This document shows, piece by piece, positions 9,076 through 17,570 of a stretch of DNA of 64,000 bases (positions are counted from its first letter, which is position 1; each line of letters begins with the position of its first letter). Both the position numbers and the translations under genes were made by a program. Source of the stretch: a virus. The DNA is taken from IMG/VR virus record IMGVR_UViG_3300032261_000561, one strand, 5' to 3'. The notes under the pieces were generated by a model. It did not search any database. It was not told the origin of the DNA and saw only the letters and a program-made list of their open reading frames with translations.

Positions 9076-9329
9076 GGAGTGTGTCTCCTTGGTTCGGGAC
9101 CGGCTGTTCCGGTCCTCGACACCCATTCTACTTGCTGGCCTCTACGAAACCCCTGTTTAGAGCTAGTTTAAGGGTTTGCTGAGTTAATTCCCCAGCAACA
9201 CGCCCGAGCGAAACTGGTACTTGACATCGATAGCGCACCGGGATTCGATGCGCCGCCCCGTCTAGCAAATCGCCCTGACCTGGGCTTACTCGACGATCCT
9301 TTCAGCTGCCAGTTTACCTGACAGGTAAC

Positions 9330-10085
9330 TTATCCGGCCAGCGCGTAATCGCTCTGTGCCATCTCGGGCACCGGGTCTTCCAACCAACCCTGCAGAATGG
9401 GCAGCGTCACCGACGGCTTGTTCTTCAGGTACGTGCCGTCCACCGAGTCCGCGCCGATCATGCGGGCGAAGCGGTAGCGGGCCAGCGAGTTGACTCGCCC
9501 GATGTGCACCCATTTGCCGCGCCGCTTGGCCTCCTGGACCACGCTGATGCAGCCCGGCTTACCCCACGGCGTACCGCACAACTTCAACGGCCGCACCCGG
9601 CCCTCTGGCGGGGAGCCGACCTTGTAGTCGTCGGAACCACCGACGAAGATGACGTCGATCTCATCCCATGGCACGTCGGCCGGGTCCAGCCCGTCCTGCG
9701 CCACCAGGGCCACCGGGTAGCCCAGCTCGCGGATCTTGTCATACCACTTAGCCGACTCGACCAGCGTGGCGGCTGCGTCGCCCATCGGGCCCATCTTGCC
9801 GCCACCGTAGTCCACCCAGTGCACGACGTCGGGCGCGGTGGCGAACACCGCCCGATGCGCCTTGTCGGCGTTTTTCACCAGGAAGTTCCACCAGCCCTGC
9901 TCATCCCACGGCTCACCGCTCATCGCCCGCTTGGGACTGAACTTGCCGTTGTCGGCGCACCAAAGCGCACCCTCGGGGTGCTTGTTGCCCTGATCGGGCG
10001 TGTCGATCAAACCCAGCAGACCGCCCTGCTCCATGACTTCACGGGCGCCCGCTACCGGGTTGCCGAAATAGATTGGGTTCTTCAT
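9330..10085 (-). CDS. TGT/DpdA-like (queuine ribosyltransferase fold) protein
   Basis: ADNGKF, APDVV, VAQDG, FVGGS, VHIGRVNS, GADSVDGT motifs. Confidence 0.65.
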   Translation of the reverse strand: MKNPIYFGNPVAGAREVMEQGGLLGLIDTPDQGNKHPEGALWCADNGKFSPKRAMSGEPWDEQGWWNFLVKNADKAHRAVFATAPDVVHWVDYGGGKMGPMGDAAATLVESAKWYDKIRELGYPVALVAQDGLDPADVPWDEIDVIFVGGSDDYKVGSPPEGRVRPLKLCGTPWGKPGCISVVQEAKRRGKWVHIGRVNSLARYRFARMIGADSVDGTYLKNKPSVTLPILQGWLEDPVPEMAQSDYALAG

Positions 10086-10110
10086 TTCGCGTCCCTCCTT
10101 CCATTAGGAG

Positions 10111-10150
10111 GAACGCGTTTACCTGCTGGGTATATTCCCTGTCAGGTTAA
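10111..10150 (-). promoter_or_regulatory. ECF-like promoter with tandem operators
   Basis: TTAACCTGACAG-GGAAT-ATACCCAGCAGGTAAACGC-GTT. Confidence 0.7.
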
Positions 10151-10443
10151 TTTCTGTGGTGGTGACCTGGCTTTTTGTACGTCCGCAGATCGTGGCGGCG
10201 CTCTTGCTCGGTGATGCCGCCCCACACCCCGAACGCCTCGTCGTGGGTGAACGCCCACTGCGCACACTCGGTCTGCACCGGGCAGCGGTTGCAGATGCTG
10301 CGGGCCTCCTGGGAGGCCGCCCGGTTGCGCTCGCTGGGGAAGAAGACGTCGGGCTCATAATCGCGGCAGATCCCCCGCAGCTTCCAGGCGTCCGAGGAAT
10401 CCTCTCTCACGAACACCGGGAGGCTGTAGGGGCTGCGGGTCAT
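10147..10443 (-). CDS. whiB: WhiB-family transcription factor
   Basis: Four Cys (CRDY, CNRC, EC), DVFFP, GVWGG. Confidence 0.95.
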   Translation of the reverse strand: MTRSPYSLPVFVREDSSDAWKLRGICRDYEPDVFFPSERNRAASQEARSICNRCPVQTECAQWAFTHDEAFGVWGGITEQERRHDLRTYKKPGHHHRN

Positions 10444-10733
10444 GTGACCTTCGACGTGGTAAGGAATTTGGACGTGCTGTACGGGGTGGACGGCCGCTGC
10501 GGGATGTCGTCGGCCTGGTGCGGATGGATGCCCAGCATCCGCAGGATGTCACCTATCTCGGCGGGCGTGGCGCCGTGACGATCGCCCAGCAGGCAGATGG
10601 TGCGCCGGGCGGCCTTCTGCTGCTCGGGGGTCGGCTCGTCGAAGAACTCGACCTCATCAGTCAGCGCTCTGGTATCCCTGGCCACCTGCGTCCTCCCTTG
10701 TGCGTGGGGATCTGAGTATCTGATGCGCGTCAC
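10440..10733 (-). CDS. Hypothetical protein
   Basis: Translationally coupled between terminase and whiB. Confidence 0.7.
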   Translation of the reverse strand: MTRIRYSDPHAQGRTQVARDTRALTDEVEFFDEPTPEQQKAARRTICLLGDRHGATPAEIGDILRMLGIHPHQADDIPQRPSTPYSTSKFLTTSKVT

Positions 10734-12913
10734 GGTCTGCCCGTTCTGGGCATAGATCCGCGCACGTTGATCGACTGGGTGCGTGTCGGTGTGTAGCGCA
10801 CCCGCGACGAACGGTTCTGGCTGAGCATCTGCCGGGCCGGGTTGTCGGTGGCCCCCAACTTGTCGTCCAGCTGGGAGGCCAGCCGGTTGATGGCGCCGGT
10901 GCGGATCAGCTCGCGGCCGCTTTTCAGACCCGCCGCCTCCGTCGACCCGAACGACGGGGTGGTCAGGCTCCTGCCGTTGTAGCGGTCCAGGGAGTCACGC
11001 AGCAGCTCGGTGGCCACCACACTGACCGCGTCGAAGAGGTCTTTGGTGGTCACCGGCCCGATGTCCTGCTTGACCACCTTGCCCTGGCGCTCGGCCAAAA
11101 AGCGCATCTCCATTTCCAGCAGGGAGCCGCCATCCTCGTAGAAGACGTCGCGGTAAGAATGCATCCAGCCCAGGTTGAGCGCGGACTTGAACTTCTCCAT
11201 CCGGCGCTGGTTCTCCTTCTCGGTGAACAGCACCTCGCCCACCATGATGCGCGGGGAGAACCGTTGACGCAGCTGGGCGATGCCCAGCGCGGAGTCATAC
11301 TGGTCGAAGCTGATCTTGGTGGTGGAGGGGTAGCGTTCCAGGAACCTCGCGATCTCCTCCATCACCCTGATGTAGTCAATCTGGCGCCGCCCGTCCTCGT
11401 CGGGCTCGGATTCGCCGGGCTTCCAGACGTGCAGCATGTCGAACATGACGTGCGGCCAGTGCATGCCCGGGAACGGCTCCCGGCGTTCCAGGCAGGCCTT
11501 ACAAGGATGGAAAGTCTCGGCGTAGTCGGGCATCTGCCCGCAGCGGTCGCACGGCGCGATCTCGGTGTGCCCGATGGCCAACGCGAAATTCGCGCCGGTG
11601 CGCGACGGGTCGCAGTGGATTCGGTAGCGGTAGTACAGCTTACCCTGGCTCTGGGCTTCCAACGGCGGACGCCAGCCGGGCGGGCGGAACATGGCCTCCA
11701 CGCTCAGCGGATCCAGGTAGGCGCCTTCGACGTCGGCGAACTGGCCGCGCCGCTCCACGCGGAACTTCTGCGGGTTTTTGATCTCCATGCGCTTCATGCG
11801 CAAGTTCTCCGGCAGTTCGCCTTCCGGGGGGTAGGTGACCGGGCGCCGGATCGTCTGGCCGATCAGCTCGGGCCCGCGCTGCCAGTCCTCGTAGAGGCCC
11901 CAGCTGGGCAACTGCAGGATCAGCATCTCGGGATCGGAGGTGAGCCGCTCGATCTCCTCCTCGGCATCCAGTCGCAGACTGCGCTCGGTCTGCTGCACCA
12001 TCTCGCCCTGATAGTTGGGCATCCAGACGCTGCCCTCCTGGTAGAGCCGGTAGAAGATCCCAATTTTCGTGAAGGGGCTACTGGGCACGAACGTCAAGCC
12101 GTCCTTGGCAAACTGGTCCAGCGATGGCTGCCACGCGGTGTAGATCTCCTCGCCGGATTTCACCGACCCGGTGCCCAGCACCATGTGCGCCATCTCGTCG
12201 TAGAAGTTGGCAAAGCCGACGCCACCACGCCCGGCCGACGAGCTGGATGACAGCGCCACGCCGGTCAGCGAGGCAATCTCGTGCTCGACGGTGACACCGG
12301 CCGCTTTCAGCTCCGCGATATAGCGGATGTCGGCCGGGGTGCGGATGGAGAAATAGTGATCTTTCGACGTCGCGATGTGCGGCTGCAGGTATTTGCAGCG
12401 CTCCACGGTGCGCCGCACGTCGGCGAACTGGAACCGCTGCGCCTGGTTCTGGTTGGTGGCCACCACCGAGAGCACGCCGTTCTGGCCACGGTCGATGTCG
12501 TAATAGGCCTGCCAGTCGTCCAGGCTGTAGAAGTAGGCCAGCTGCTCGCAGCCCAGCCCGCCGCCGATCAGGCCCTTAGACCCGCGTCGGCCCAGCACCA
12601 GCTGGATGTGCGGGAACCGCCGGTAACCGTTGCGCTTGAGATAGTCGACGCGCTCCCAGATGTCGGGCTGCACTCCGAAGGTGTCCCGGCGGCGCAGGAA
12701 GCCCTGGCGCCAGCTCTCGATGACCTCCAAGTCGTACTCGGTCATCAGGTCGGTTTCTAAGAAGACCAGCCGGTACAGCGTCTGCTGGCGCGGGTAGAGG
12801 CGCCGCCCGCAGAAACTGCGGTGGGTCATGAAGTCCACCGAGGACTCCCACGGCGCAGGCCGAGTCAGCGACTGAGTAAACAAGGAGGCGGGACTAAAGG
12901 GTCCCTGGATCAA
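10730..12913 (-). CDS. terL: Terminase large subunit
   Basis: LYPRQ adenine motif, GRRGSK Walker A, FYDE Walker B, PSSP coupling motif, HCDPS / SFDQY / KDLFDA nuclease motifs. Confidence 0.9.
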   Translation of the reverse strand: MIQGPFSPASLFTQSLTRPAPWESSVDFMTHRSFCGRRLYPRQQTLYRLVFLETDLMTEYDLEVIESWRQGFLRRRDTFGVQPDIWERVDYLKRNGYRRFPHIQLVLGRRGSKGLIGGGLGCEQLAYFYSLDDWQAYYDIDRGQNGVLSVVATNQNQAQRFQFADVRRTVERCKYLQPHIATSKDHYFSIRTPADIRYIAELKAAGVTVEHEIASLTGVALSSSSSAGRGGVGFANFYDEMAHMVLGTGSVKSGEEIYTAWQPSLDQFAKDGLTFVPSSPFTKIGIFYRLYQEGSVWMPNYQGEMVQQTERSLRLDAEEEIERLTSDPEMLILQLPSWGLYEDWQRGPELIGQTIRRPVTYPPEGELPENLRMKRMEIKNPQKFRVERRGQFADVEGAYLDPLSVEAMFRPPGWRPPLEAQSQGKLYYRYRIHCDPSRTGANFALAIGHTEIAPCDRCGQMPDYAETFHPCKACLERREPFPGMHWPHVMFDMLHVWKPGESEPDEDGRRQIDYIRVMEEIARFLERYPSTTKISFDQYDSALGIAQLRQRFSPRIMVGEVLFTEKENQRRMEKFKSALNLGWMHSYRDVFYEDGGSLLEMEMRFLAERQGKVVKQDIGPVTTKDLFDAVSVVATELLRDSLDRYNGRSLTTPSFGSTEAAGLKSGRELIRTGAINRLASQLDDKLGATDNPARQMLSQNRSSRVRYTPTRTQSINVRGSMPRTGRP

Positions 12914-12976
12914 TCGATTTTGACGGTTGGGATGAAATGGCGTTTACTTCACCTCCCCAGTAAACTGATCGAGCTT

Positions 12977-13036
12977 GGCGAGGCGAGGCTCGGCCAGGCG
13001 GGGCGCGGCGGGGCTTGGCGCGGCGGGGCTTGGCGA
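12977..13036. repeat. Pentamer array (GGCnn)x12
   Basis: GGCGA GGCGA GGCTC GGCCA GGCGG GGCGC GGCGG GGCTT GGCGC GGCGG GGCTT GGCGA. Confidence 0.85.
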
Positions 13037-13045
13037 GGGATTGAC

Positions 13046-13070
13046 CCTCGGGAGCTAAACACTCCCGAGG
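13046..13070 (-). terminator. Hairpin after lysis cassette
   Basis: CCTCGGGAG-7 nt-CTCCCGAGG immediately after the 13073 stop; no U tail. Confidence 0.45.
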
Positions 13071-13072
13071 CC

Positions 13073-13279
13073 CTAGCCGATGGCGCCCTGCAGGTCGTGC
13101 AGGGCTTTGTCCAGACCGTTGAGCGCGTCCACGGCAGCCCCAACCTCGGGACCGACGCCGGGGACCAGGCCACCGAACTTACCTACCACATTGGCTACCT
13201 TGTCGGCCAGGTCGGTGAAAGTGACCGCACCGTTGACGGCGGTGTCCAGTTCATTCTTCAGGTTGTCGAAAATGCCCAT
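13073..13279 (-). CDS. Small amphipathic protein in lysis cassette
   Basis: AAAGGAG SD; follows holin. Confidence 0.7.
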   Translation of the reverse strand: MGIFDNLKNELDTAVNGAVTFTDLADKVANVVGKFGGLVPGVGPEVGAAVDALNGLDKALHDLQGAIG

Positions 13280-13294
13280 GTGCGTTCTCCTTTG

Positions 13295-13768
13295 CTATGA
13301 GGCTGATTGGGATGTTCCTGGTATGCCCTCGACCCAGTGTTCATTGGCCTTGAGGAACACCGAGACCGACGTGAGAAAGGCGATGGCGACATTGATCCAG
13401 TTGGCTACGTTCTGCGGCAGCACGTCGGCGAAAGCCAACCCCTGGTTGAGTACCACCAGCAGAAACCCCACCCCGGTGATCAACCACTTGTAGGCCCCCT
13501 TGACCTTGTCCCAGAAGGTCACCGGGCCCACCTGGGTCTTCACCGTCACCGACTCCCCGGTAACCGGATCCAAGGTGACCTGGTTTTTTACGGGTGGGAG
13601 ATTGCCGATATCTTCCAGGCCGCCCAGCACCTCCTGAGTGGCCGATGTCGTGGCCGACTCCACTGCCTGGGTCACCTGCGCCACAACCTGGCCGACATTG
13701 GCCGCCGCCTCGGCGGCCTGCTGCTCGAAATACCCCGGCTCCCACGGCATGAGCTTGGGATCAGACAT
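13295..13768 (-). CDS. Holin-like protein
   Basis: Two C-terminal TM helices; overlaps end of lysin. Confidence 0.7.
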   Translation of the reverse strand: MSDPKLMPWEPGYFEQQAAEAAANVGQVVAQVTQAVESATTSATQEVLGGLEDIGNLPPVKNQVTLDPVTGESVTVKTQVGPVTFWDKVKGAYKWLITGVGFLLVVLNQGLAFADVLPQNVANWINVAIAFLTSVSVFLKANEHWVEGIPGTSQSAS

Positions 13769-15269
13769 TGAAACTCGCCTCCGCAGCGTTGAAGATCGTC
13801 TGCACGTTGATGCCGAACTTGGTGGCGATCTCGCACACCAGGGCCTGGGTTTTGAGTTGTTCGGCCCGAGCCGAGAGGGTGTGGCCAAGCTGATCGTCGG
13901 CATGTTTGGGATCAACCGGACGACCATCCAACCCCAGCAAAGTGGTCTCTTTCCAGTAGATGGCGGCAATCGCTTGGCGCAGCGTCTGCACGCTGCCATC
14001 AGGGGCGATGATCGGGGTGGCCTGGGGATCGGTCAGCTCGCTCACCACCAGATTGAATAGATCCTGGGAGGTCCTGGGCGGGGGCGGGATAGGAGTGACC
14101 GGCACGGGCTGCGGCAGCGGGGACGGGGACGGGGCGTAGTTCCAGTGCCCGTAGTCATCGCTGTGGGCTTGATTCTGGTCGCATTGCACGCCGTCGACGG
14201 TCAAATAGCCCAGGCCATTTCTCTGCACGATGTTGACCCGGGAGTCGATATTGCCGCCGCTCCATGCCTCGGTCTGCCAGGCATACTTGCAGACCCCAGC
14301 ATCCAAGGCGCGGCTCAGCGGCCAATACCCACCGTAGATCCCCACATACTGCGGGCCACCCAACACGGAGGCCGCCCCACTGAGATAGCCGTTGATAGCA
14401 TCCTGCTGGTTGGGGGCCTCATCGAAGTCGCAGGAGTAATAGATCACCGGATTGGCGGCAGCCATGTTCGGGAAGCTGCGGAGGTAGGCAAGGTTGGCGG
14501 TGGCATCGGCCACCCCCTGGCTTTGACCGCCCAACATCATGTCCGCCGTGGTCTCGTGATTGAACACCACGTTGATGCCGTGGGTGACCAAGTCGGTGAA
14601 CTCGTCGGGCTGCAGCTGCTTGCCGGGCAGGCCCGGCCCGCCATCGGTGAGATAGCGGCAGGCGAACACCACCCCATTACTGCGCAAATCCGCTGCCGCG
14701 ATACGACCCCCGGCGTAATCGACGCCCAGTGGATAACCCATGGGTTGCCTCCTGATGATGTCCTCGTTGATGGTGTCGTCCAGCACCCAAAAGTCATTCC
14801 AATAAGAGCTGTCCTCTGGGATCGCCCCATGGTTGAGCGTGCAGGTGCCATAGTCGCCGTTGGATTCCATCACCCAGCCGTCGACTGTGCAGTTCATGTG
14901 ACTGTTGGGGCCACCCCCGCCATGGCAAATGCAGACCTTCATCACATGGTCGTTGTTGACCAGGTCGTCCTGGCTGGTCTGGCGGAAGCCCTGGAACGGC
15001 CCGGGGAAGGTCTCGGTACTGAAGTACCGCTGCCAGCCCATTTTTGTGCCGTTGAACACCGCCGCCGTCATGATTCCCACACACCCGCTGCAGTCGGCCC
15101 CGATGCCGAAGTTAAACGGGTCGTAGCAGCCGCCATAGATATAGGGGTCACCGGGGCCCTCGTTGATCATGTTGATCTCATGAGGCTGGGAGATCGCCTG
15201 GTCCTGGGTGGTCAGCCGGTCCAAAAAAACTCTCTTGGCGAACTCGATCCCCGAACGCTGCAGAGTCAT
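13761..15269 (-). CDS. Endolysin (Lysin A): NlpC/P60-like peptidase + DUF1906 glycoside hydrolase + Pro linker + C-terminal domain
   Basis: YIYGG, DCSG, HM motifs; GVDY, RYL, YYSCDFD, GIYGG, WQTEAWS motifs. Confidence 0.85.
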   Translation of the reverse strand: MTLQRSGIEFAKRVFLDRLTTQDQAISQPHEINMINEGPGDPYIYGGCYDPFNFGIGADCSGCVGIMTAAVFNGTKMGWQRYFSTETFPGPFQGFRQTSQDDLVNNDHVMKVCICHGGGGPNSHMNCTVDGWVMESNGDYGTCTLNHGAIPEDSSYWNDFWVLDDTINEDIIRRQPMGYPLGVDYAGGRIAAADLRSNGVVFACRYLTDGGPGLPGKQLQPDEFTDLVTHGINVVFNHETTADMMLGGQSQGVADATANLAYLRSFPNMAAANPVIYYSCDFDEAPNQQDAINGYLSGAASVLGGPQYVGIYGGYWPLSRALDAGVCKYAWQTEAWSGGNIDSRVNIVQRNGLGYLTVDGVQCDQNQAHSDDYGHWNYAPSPSPLPQPVPVTPIPPPPRTSQDLFNLVVSELTDPQATPIIAPDGSVQTLRQAIAAIYWKETTLLGLDGRPVDPKHADDQLGHTLSARAEQLKTQALVCEIATKFGINVQTIFNAAEASFNV

Positions 15270-15279
15270 GGGTGGGCGC

Positions 15280-16005
15280 TCATGCGACTGGCGTGGGCAG
15301 GGTCCCAGCTGGTTGCAGGTTGATGACGACGGCGCCGTAGCGGGCGTACACCTTGGGCGAGCCTGCCGGTTTGTTCTGCAGCAGGATCGTGCCGGGGCCC
15401 TGGTGGTCCCCCACCCAGAAGTTGCTATTAGCGTCCAGGAAGCGCTGGGTGGCGTGTCCGGTTCCGCTGATCTGGCCGTCGGAGCCGATGAAAATCACCG
15501 ACAGCGAGCCCATGAAAGCCGGGATGGGCACCGAGATGAAGCGGCCCTGTCCCCGGCGGCCGGTGACGCCTTTGCGCAGCGCCTGATCGGGAATCCCGGC
15601 GACACCCTTGTAGGTCAGCGAGATCCCGCTGTACTGACTGAAGGTGGCCGACGCGGGCGAGAGCGGATCGTTGGCGATCTGGCTGTAGCCCAGGTTGGCC
15701 ACCACCGATCCGCCTGCGGCGGCCGCGCCGACACCCGCCCAGACTTCGATCAGACCGGGACGCGGAGCACCCCAACCCTTGCCGCGCTGGGCATACCAGG
15801 GGATCAGCGGGGTCAGCGCATTACCGCCCACGGTGACGGTGCGGGTGATGCTCTTGTCGATCGGGCAGGTGTGGTTGTACTGGAAGCCCACCAGGATGAG
15901 ATTGGCCTGGGCGCCAGAAGTGTGGGTCCACCCTGAATTCAGCGTGTTGGTGTTCGGCCCGGCCACGATCTGGCCGCCGGAAACAGCATCGAAAGTCACG
16001 GGCAT
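15280..16005 (-). CDS. Probable virion/minor tail protein
   Basis: MPVTFDAVS start, beta-rich, in late module. Confidence 0.55.
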   Translation of the reverse strand: MPVTFDAVSGGQIVAGPNTNTLNSGWTHTSGAQANLILVGFQYNHTCPIDKSITRTVTVGGNALTPLIPWYAQRGKGWGAPRPGLIEVWAGVGAAAAGGSVVANLGYSQIANDPLSPASATFSQYSGISLTYKGVAGIPDQALRKGVTGRRGQGRFISVPIPAFMGSLSVIFIGSDGQISGTGHATQRFLDANSNFWVGDHQGPGTILLQNKPAGSPKVYARYGAVVINLQPAGTLPTPVA

Positions 16006-16056
16006 AGCGGTTAAGCCTCCTCACCCTTTCGGGTTTGAGACCGCCACACCTACAGG

Positions 16057-17361
16057 TCACACACCAGGGCGGCCCGTGGCCTGAATATGTTGGGCGAGGG
16101 CGGCAGCCACCTGCTCCACCTGCTCGGGACTCAGGATCTCCAACAGCTCACCCTGCTCCACCCAGAAGAACGCGTTGTTGTCGGGGCCCCTCTCGGCGCG
16201 TTCGTATTTCGTCGCCCAATCGCCCGCGTTGGTGGCGAAGTGACCCACCGTCGCGACACCGGCCACCAAGTCCTCGAAGTTGATCTGACCCCGCTCGAAC
16301 TGTTCCATCAGCTCCCTGACGGTGGGCTCGGCAGAAAACTGCTGCGTGTCTTCTGCGGCCATGCGGAAGGCCCTTCTTCGTGCCTCGTGGACATTGGGAT
16401 AGACGGTGGATCCGCCCGCCGATAGCGGATGGTTGTGCCAGCGCTGGCCGGTGGTGTGAGTGACCACCGGATCGTTTCCCCTGACATCGAATCTTACCGA
16501 ACTGCTCAGCTGGGGCAGGGCCCAGTCGAACACCTCGGAATTCTTGGACGTATGCCCTCTCTGAGCCCCTTCGGGACTGGCCTTATTGAGATGGGAAGCG
16601 TAGCTGGCGACATACCGGCCGCCGTACTTTGGCTCCTCCCCCGGTTGGGGACCACCTCGCGCCTGCTGTTCGCGGTATTCCTCCTCAGGGCCTCGGTGGC
16701 GTTTCTCCACCCGCCGCCGCGCTTCTTCGGGAGATAGATCAGCGAACGCCCCATCGATCTGGCCGTAGCCATATTTGTGCAAATCATCGATGCGGCGTTG
16801 CACCGACTCGGGGGAACTCATGGTGATATCCCAGATCATGTTGCGCCGGTCCCGGTAGGCCAGCGCCGCCAGCTGGTCGGCCATCTCGGAGGACTCCTCG
16901 TGGATGATCCCGGCCCGCTCCATCGGGGAGAGCCTCGACAGGCCGTCCTCGCTGGGGACCATCCCCCGCCGGGCCATCTCCTCCTTGATGTCATCGGAGT
17001 TGACCGACATGTAGTTTTGCCCATTCAGCAGGGCCTGCGGGGTTTGGTTGAGCAGGTGGCCTTTACCCGATCCACCCAGCCCGCCCATAAACATGGCCTG
17101 ACCGTTCTGACCGACACCCTGCGAGAGCTTGGCATAGAGATCCTTGACCAGCTGGGCTTGCTGCCTACGACGCTCTGGGGTCCAGGAATAACCACCACCG
17201 GGCTGCGCGGTGCCATAGATCGCGCGACTGTCCCTCTGACGATCGTTATAGCCGCTGAGGACCTTCTCGACGTCGGCTATGTGCCGGGCATATCCTTCGT
17301 CGTTATCGAAGAAGGCAGCTAGTCGGTAGGCGAAAGCCTCACGCTGGCCAAGAATTCTCAC
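16057..17361 (-). CDS. Zeta-toxin (PezT-like) kinase with extra N- and C-terminal domains
   Basis: FMGGLGGSGK P-loop, VNSDDIK, HEESS, WDIT, GGRYV; GTG start overlapping upstream TGA. Confidence 0.85.
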   Translation of the reverse strand: MRILGQREAFAYRLAAFFDNDEGYARHIADVEKVLSGYNDRQRDSRAIYGTAQPGGGYSWTPERRRQQAQLVKDLYAKLSQGVGQNGQAMFMGGLGGSGKGHLLNQTPQALLNGQNYMSVNSDDIKEEMARRGMVPSEDGLSRLSPMERAGIIHEESSEMADQLAALAYRDRRNMIWDITMSSPESVQRRIDDLHKYGYGQIDGAFADLSPEEARRRVEKRHRGPEEEYREQQARGGPQPGEEPKYGGRYVASYASHLNKASPEGAQRGHTSKNSEVFDWALPQLSSSVRFDVRGNDPVVTHTTGQRWHNHPLSAGGSTVYPNVHEARRRAFRMAAEDTQQFSAEPTVRELMEQFERGQINFEDLVAGVATVGHFATNAGDWATKYERAERGPDNNAFFWVEQGELLEILSPEQVEQVAAALAQHIQATGRPGV

Positions 17362-17561
17362 CTCAGCTCCCACAGCGTCTCATTAGCATCGGTCACCGAC
17401 TGCGGACTCTTGGCGTCCAGCGCCTGGATCTCGCCCCTCTCCACCTTTTCCTGTAATCGCTTCCTAAGCCGCCCGTGCAGATCCTCCTCTTCAGGGGTGA
17501 ACACGATGGGCGGCCCGGCCGCGTAGAGCGCGAACGTCTCGGCCTGCCGGTAGATCCTCAT
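17358..17561 (-). CDS. 67-aa protein sharing an N-terminal leader with the zeta protein
   Basis: MRIYRQAETFALYA; AGGAG SD; coupled to zeta gene. Confidence 0.7.
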   Translation of the reverse strand: MRIYRQAETFALYAAGPPIVFTPEEEDLHGRLRKRLQEKVERGEIQALDAKSPQSVTDANETLWELR

Positions 17562-17570
17562 TATTTACTC

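Noticed and set aside
9225-9290. Possible tRNA (GGATTCGA resembles a T-loop complement)
   Set aside because: No cloverleaf could be folded
2491-10150. CRISPR-like or integron attC-like interpretation of the recurring palindrome
   Set aside because: Copies are separated by whole genes, sit at fixed distance from SD and start, and no cas or integrase gene is present
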